A DNA stretch of 64,000 nt, from NCBI RefSeq assembly GCF_036588685.1, contig NC_086373.1, positions 106,454,001 to 106,518,000 on the forward strand, in the 5' to 3' direction. A model generated the notes under the pieces. That model was not told where the DNA came from, did not search any database, and was given only the letters and a program-made list of their open reading frames with translations. This document shows positions 63,066 through 64,000 of the stretch, in pieces. Each line of letters begins with the position of its first letter. Position 1 is the stretch's first letter. The translations under genes were made by a program, and so were the position numbers. Source of the DNA: Mytilus trossulus (Eukaryota).

Positions 63066-64000
63066 CATTACTGCAACGATCGTGCACTGACATTCCATTC
63101 AGATACCAGCTCGTCATAATAGACTTCACACATATATAATTGTTTTAAAATATATACCTAAGGACCTTTAGATACCAGCTCGTCATAAAAGACTTGAAAC
63201 CAAATCTATTTGTTAAATATATACCTAAGGAACAAGACAAATCAATCGGACCACATTGTATTGGAGCTATTTTAATATATGTTATATATTAACACTATAC
63301 AGGGAAAATGTGTGTGTTATACAAAGAGTAAAAAAAAAAAGGAAATATTTAGACTAAAATTATTAATTAGGCGTATAAATCGGACATTATATTTAAATTA
63401 TATTACAAATAAAAACAAGAGTATTTAATACAGATACAACTTATACAAAATATGCAAATCGGACCAAAGATTTGAATGCTTTAAGTTAAATCTTCTATGC
63501 CAAAGCAAACATACCATACATCGAAAGATATGTATCGTGAATTTTTTCTCGTTTCTTATCAAAACCCTTTTCTGTTAGTTGTTAATGAGTTGATAGATAC
63601 CAAGAAAACCTGTTAATACATTTTTCAAGTTATGAAATGTTTTTTAATTGCTTTACTACTAGTATGATATCACTTCATGGTTTCGATAGTGGTCTCCGCT
63701 GCAAGCATGCCAGTACTAATCTAGTCTAAATTGTATCATTAAATAGTATTATAATTCTTTGCCCTCATGTTATATATACAAAAGATATTATCTAACTTAT
63801 GTTTGTTTGTGTTATTTAGTTGCAAATAAATGGTCCTCACATTTTATAACATGTGTATTATTTACAATACTTGACCTCTCAGCACTATTGTCTTCTTTTT
63901 GTCTGATTGGAAAAGGAGTTTAAGTCACTTTCTATAATCTGCCATGTCAAACCATATGCGGCATGCTCGGGCTTTGCTCTTTGTGAAAGACCGTTTAGTG

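Overview
AT-rich, intron-rich animal genomic DNA. The repeat families look like those of a mytilid bivalve (Mytilus-like); this is inference. Five spliced protein-coding genes could be built by hand with GT-AG junctions and consistent reading phases. (1) RNF170 ER RING E3 ligase (minus strand, 5 coding exons, 261 aa) lies head-to-head with (2) a Hook-family dynein adaptor (plus strand, 21 exons, 704 aa), the same arrangement as human RNF170/HOOK3. Then come three co-oriented signalling-adaptor genes: (3) and (4) are tandem paralogues ending in a GAREM-type SAM domain, one with ITAM/ITIM-like tyrosine motifs and one with a proline-rich SH3-ligand exon; (5) is a THEMIS-like protein with two tandem CABIT domains and an acidic YEDY/polybasic tail. 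Non-coding content includes a miniature LTR element (TRIM) with tRNA-like Pol III boxes in its LTRs, four minimal hammerhead ribozyme motifs (two intact), several MITEs, a decayed LINE and a 45-bp satellite that produces three spurious 650-aa ORFs. Tandem duplications repeatedly sit on or right beside splice junctions. All family assignments are from manual motif recognition, not database searches.
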